Assembly: GCA_032654565.1 (NCBI GenBank) | Contig: JAULAX010000017.1 | Coordinates: 384,001-448,000 of the forward strand | Direction of reading: 5' to 3' | Origin: Anaeromyxobacteraceae bacterium | Lineage (GTDB): Bacteria; Myxococcota; Myxococcia; Myxococcales; Anaeromyxobacteraceae | Length of the DNA: 64,000 nucleotides | Shown here: positions 63,009 to 64,000 of the stretch, piece after piece | Position numbering within the stretch: the stretch's first letter is position 1 | Layout of the letters: each line of letters begins with the position of its first letter | Translations under genes and position numbers: made by a program | The notes under the pieces: generated by a model | What the model saw: the letters and a program-made list of their open reading frames with translations, nothing else | Database searches by the model: none | Told to the model about the DNA's origin: nothing

Positions 63009-64000
63009 CTACTCCAGCAGCCGGTACGAGGCGAACGAGCGGAGGACCCGCTTCACGTAGCCGCGCGTCTCGTCGAAGGGGATCTCCTCGATCCACTCGT
63101 CCAGGGGGACGTCGCGGGCGCCCTGGCGCCAGCGCCGCACCGCCCCGTCCCCGGCGTTGTAGGCGGCCAGCGCCTCGGCCGTCGAGCCCTGGTGGGCCCG
63201 CAGCAGCTGGCCGAGGTAGGCGGCGCCGATGCGGATCGAGGTCTCCGGGTCGGTGAGCGCCACCCGGTCGGGCCGGGGGAGCTTGAGCCTCCGCGCCACC
63301 TGCTGCGCGGTCGGCAGCATCAGCTGGGTCAGCCCGACGGCCCCGGCCGGCGACACCACCTCGGGGTCGAGGGCGCTCTCCTCCCTCATCAGCGCGTGGA
63401 GGAGGGCCGGCGGGACCCCGGCCTCGGCCGCGTACTTCTCGACCAGCGGCGACCAGGCCGGCGGGTAGGCCAGCGCCCAGACCGCCCTCCCCGCCCCCTC
63501 CGGCGGCCGGCGCAGCGTCGCCCGCCCCTCGACCCGGAGCAGCTGGTGGGCGACCCGGTGATCGCCGGCCCGCGACAGCAGCGTCGCCAGCAGCATCACC
63601 TCCGGTGAAGGTTCGCCGCGCCCCAGCGAGAGCCGCCCCCGGTCGACGGCCAGGAGCTCCTCGTCGGCGGCCCTGGGGAGGCCGAGCCGGAGCAGGAGCA
63701 GCCCGGCGCGGAAGTGGGGGTCGTCGCGGAGCGGCCCCGGGTCGAGCGGCCACGCCCCCTGGGGCGGGGCGACCGGTGGCGTCCCCAGGCTGATCCCGAC
63801 ACGGCCCTCGAGCCGGGACCGCGCCAGCAGCGAGTAGAAGTCGGCCGGCGCCGCCGCCACCAGCCCCTGCCAGATGACCCGGGCGGCCGCCAGCCCCTCG
63901 GCGCCCGAGGCGGCCAGCAGCGTGGCGCGCCAGTAGGCGGCCCGGGCATGCTCGTAGGGGTCGACCTCGCGGCCGTCCTCCTCGATGGCCAGCAGCGCGG
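63009..64000 (-). CDS. Soluble lytic transglycosylase (Slt70-like), 3' part only
   Basis: MREES, GAVGLTQLM, AAYNAG and IPFDETRGYVKRV motifs. The frame stays open to the window edge. Confidence 0.92.
   Translation of the reverse strand, partial: ALLAIEEDGREVDPYEHARAAYWRATLLAASGAEGLAAARVIWQGLVAAAPADFYSLLARSRLEGRVGISLGTPPVAPPQGAWPLDPGPLRDDPHFRAGLLLLRLGLPRAADEELLAVDRGRLSLGRGEPSPEVMLLATLLSRAGDHRVAHQLLRVEGRATLRRPPEGAGRAVWALAYPPAWSPLVEKYAAEAGVPPALLHALMREESALDPEVVSPAGAVGLTQLMLPTAQQVARRLKLPRPDRVALTDPETSIRIGAAYLGQLLRAHQGSTAEALAAYNAGDGAVRRWRQGARDVPLDEWIEEIPFDETRGYVKRVLRSFASYRLLE

Overview
GC-rich bacterial chromosomal segment whose gene content and order resemble Anaeromyxobacter/Myxococcota (inference from gene families, not from a search). 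Housekeeping genes: accA 5' end, miaA, hisS, psd, tsaE, nnr, acpS, pdxJ, glmM, folP, ftsH, tilS, HU, CCA-adding enzyme, pfkA, RluA-family synthase and tRNA-Arg(CCT). Metabolic blocks: a partial lysine-fermentation operon (kamD-lipoprotein-kamE-kal-kce), amtB, and an NrfBCD-like electron-transfer module. The most notable unexplained elements are: (1) a ~75-nt candidate small RNA between tilS and a TIGR04563-like gene, with its own sigma70-like promoter, a C-rich anti-Shine-Dalgarno loop and an intrinsic terminator; (2) an ECF sigma / Ser-Thr kinase pair next to a 64-aa peptide, an MvdC/MvdD-like ATP-grasp ligase and a small ORF (candidate graspetide-type RiPP cassette), bracketed by two 30/35-identical ECF-promoter-like motifs; (3) a six-gene signalling cluster with three roadblock-like domains, a kinase/P-loop fusion, an output-less HAMP receptor and a secreted paralogue of its sensor domain, but no MglA GTPase; (4) matching sigma54 promoters with tandem TGC-N11-GCA-type enhancers in front of amtB and an uncharacterised exported beta-barrel-like protein; (5) a 1551-aa adenylation/GNAT fusion next to a homocitrate synthase. 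No CRISPR array, integrase or transposase was seen. All calls come from reading the sequence; no database search or folding program was run.
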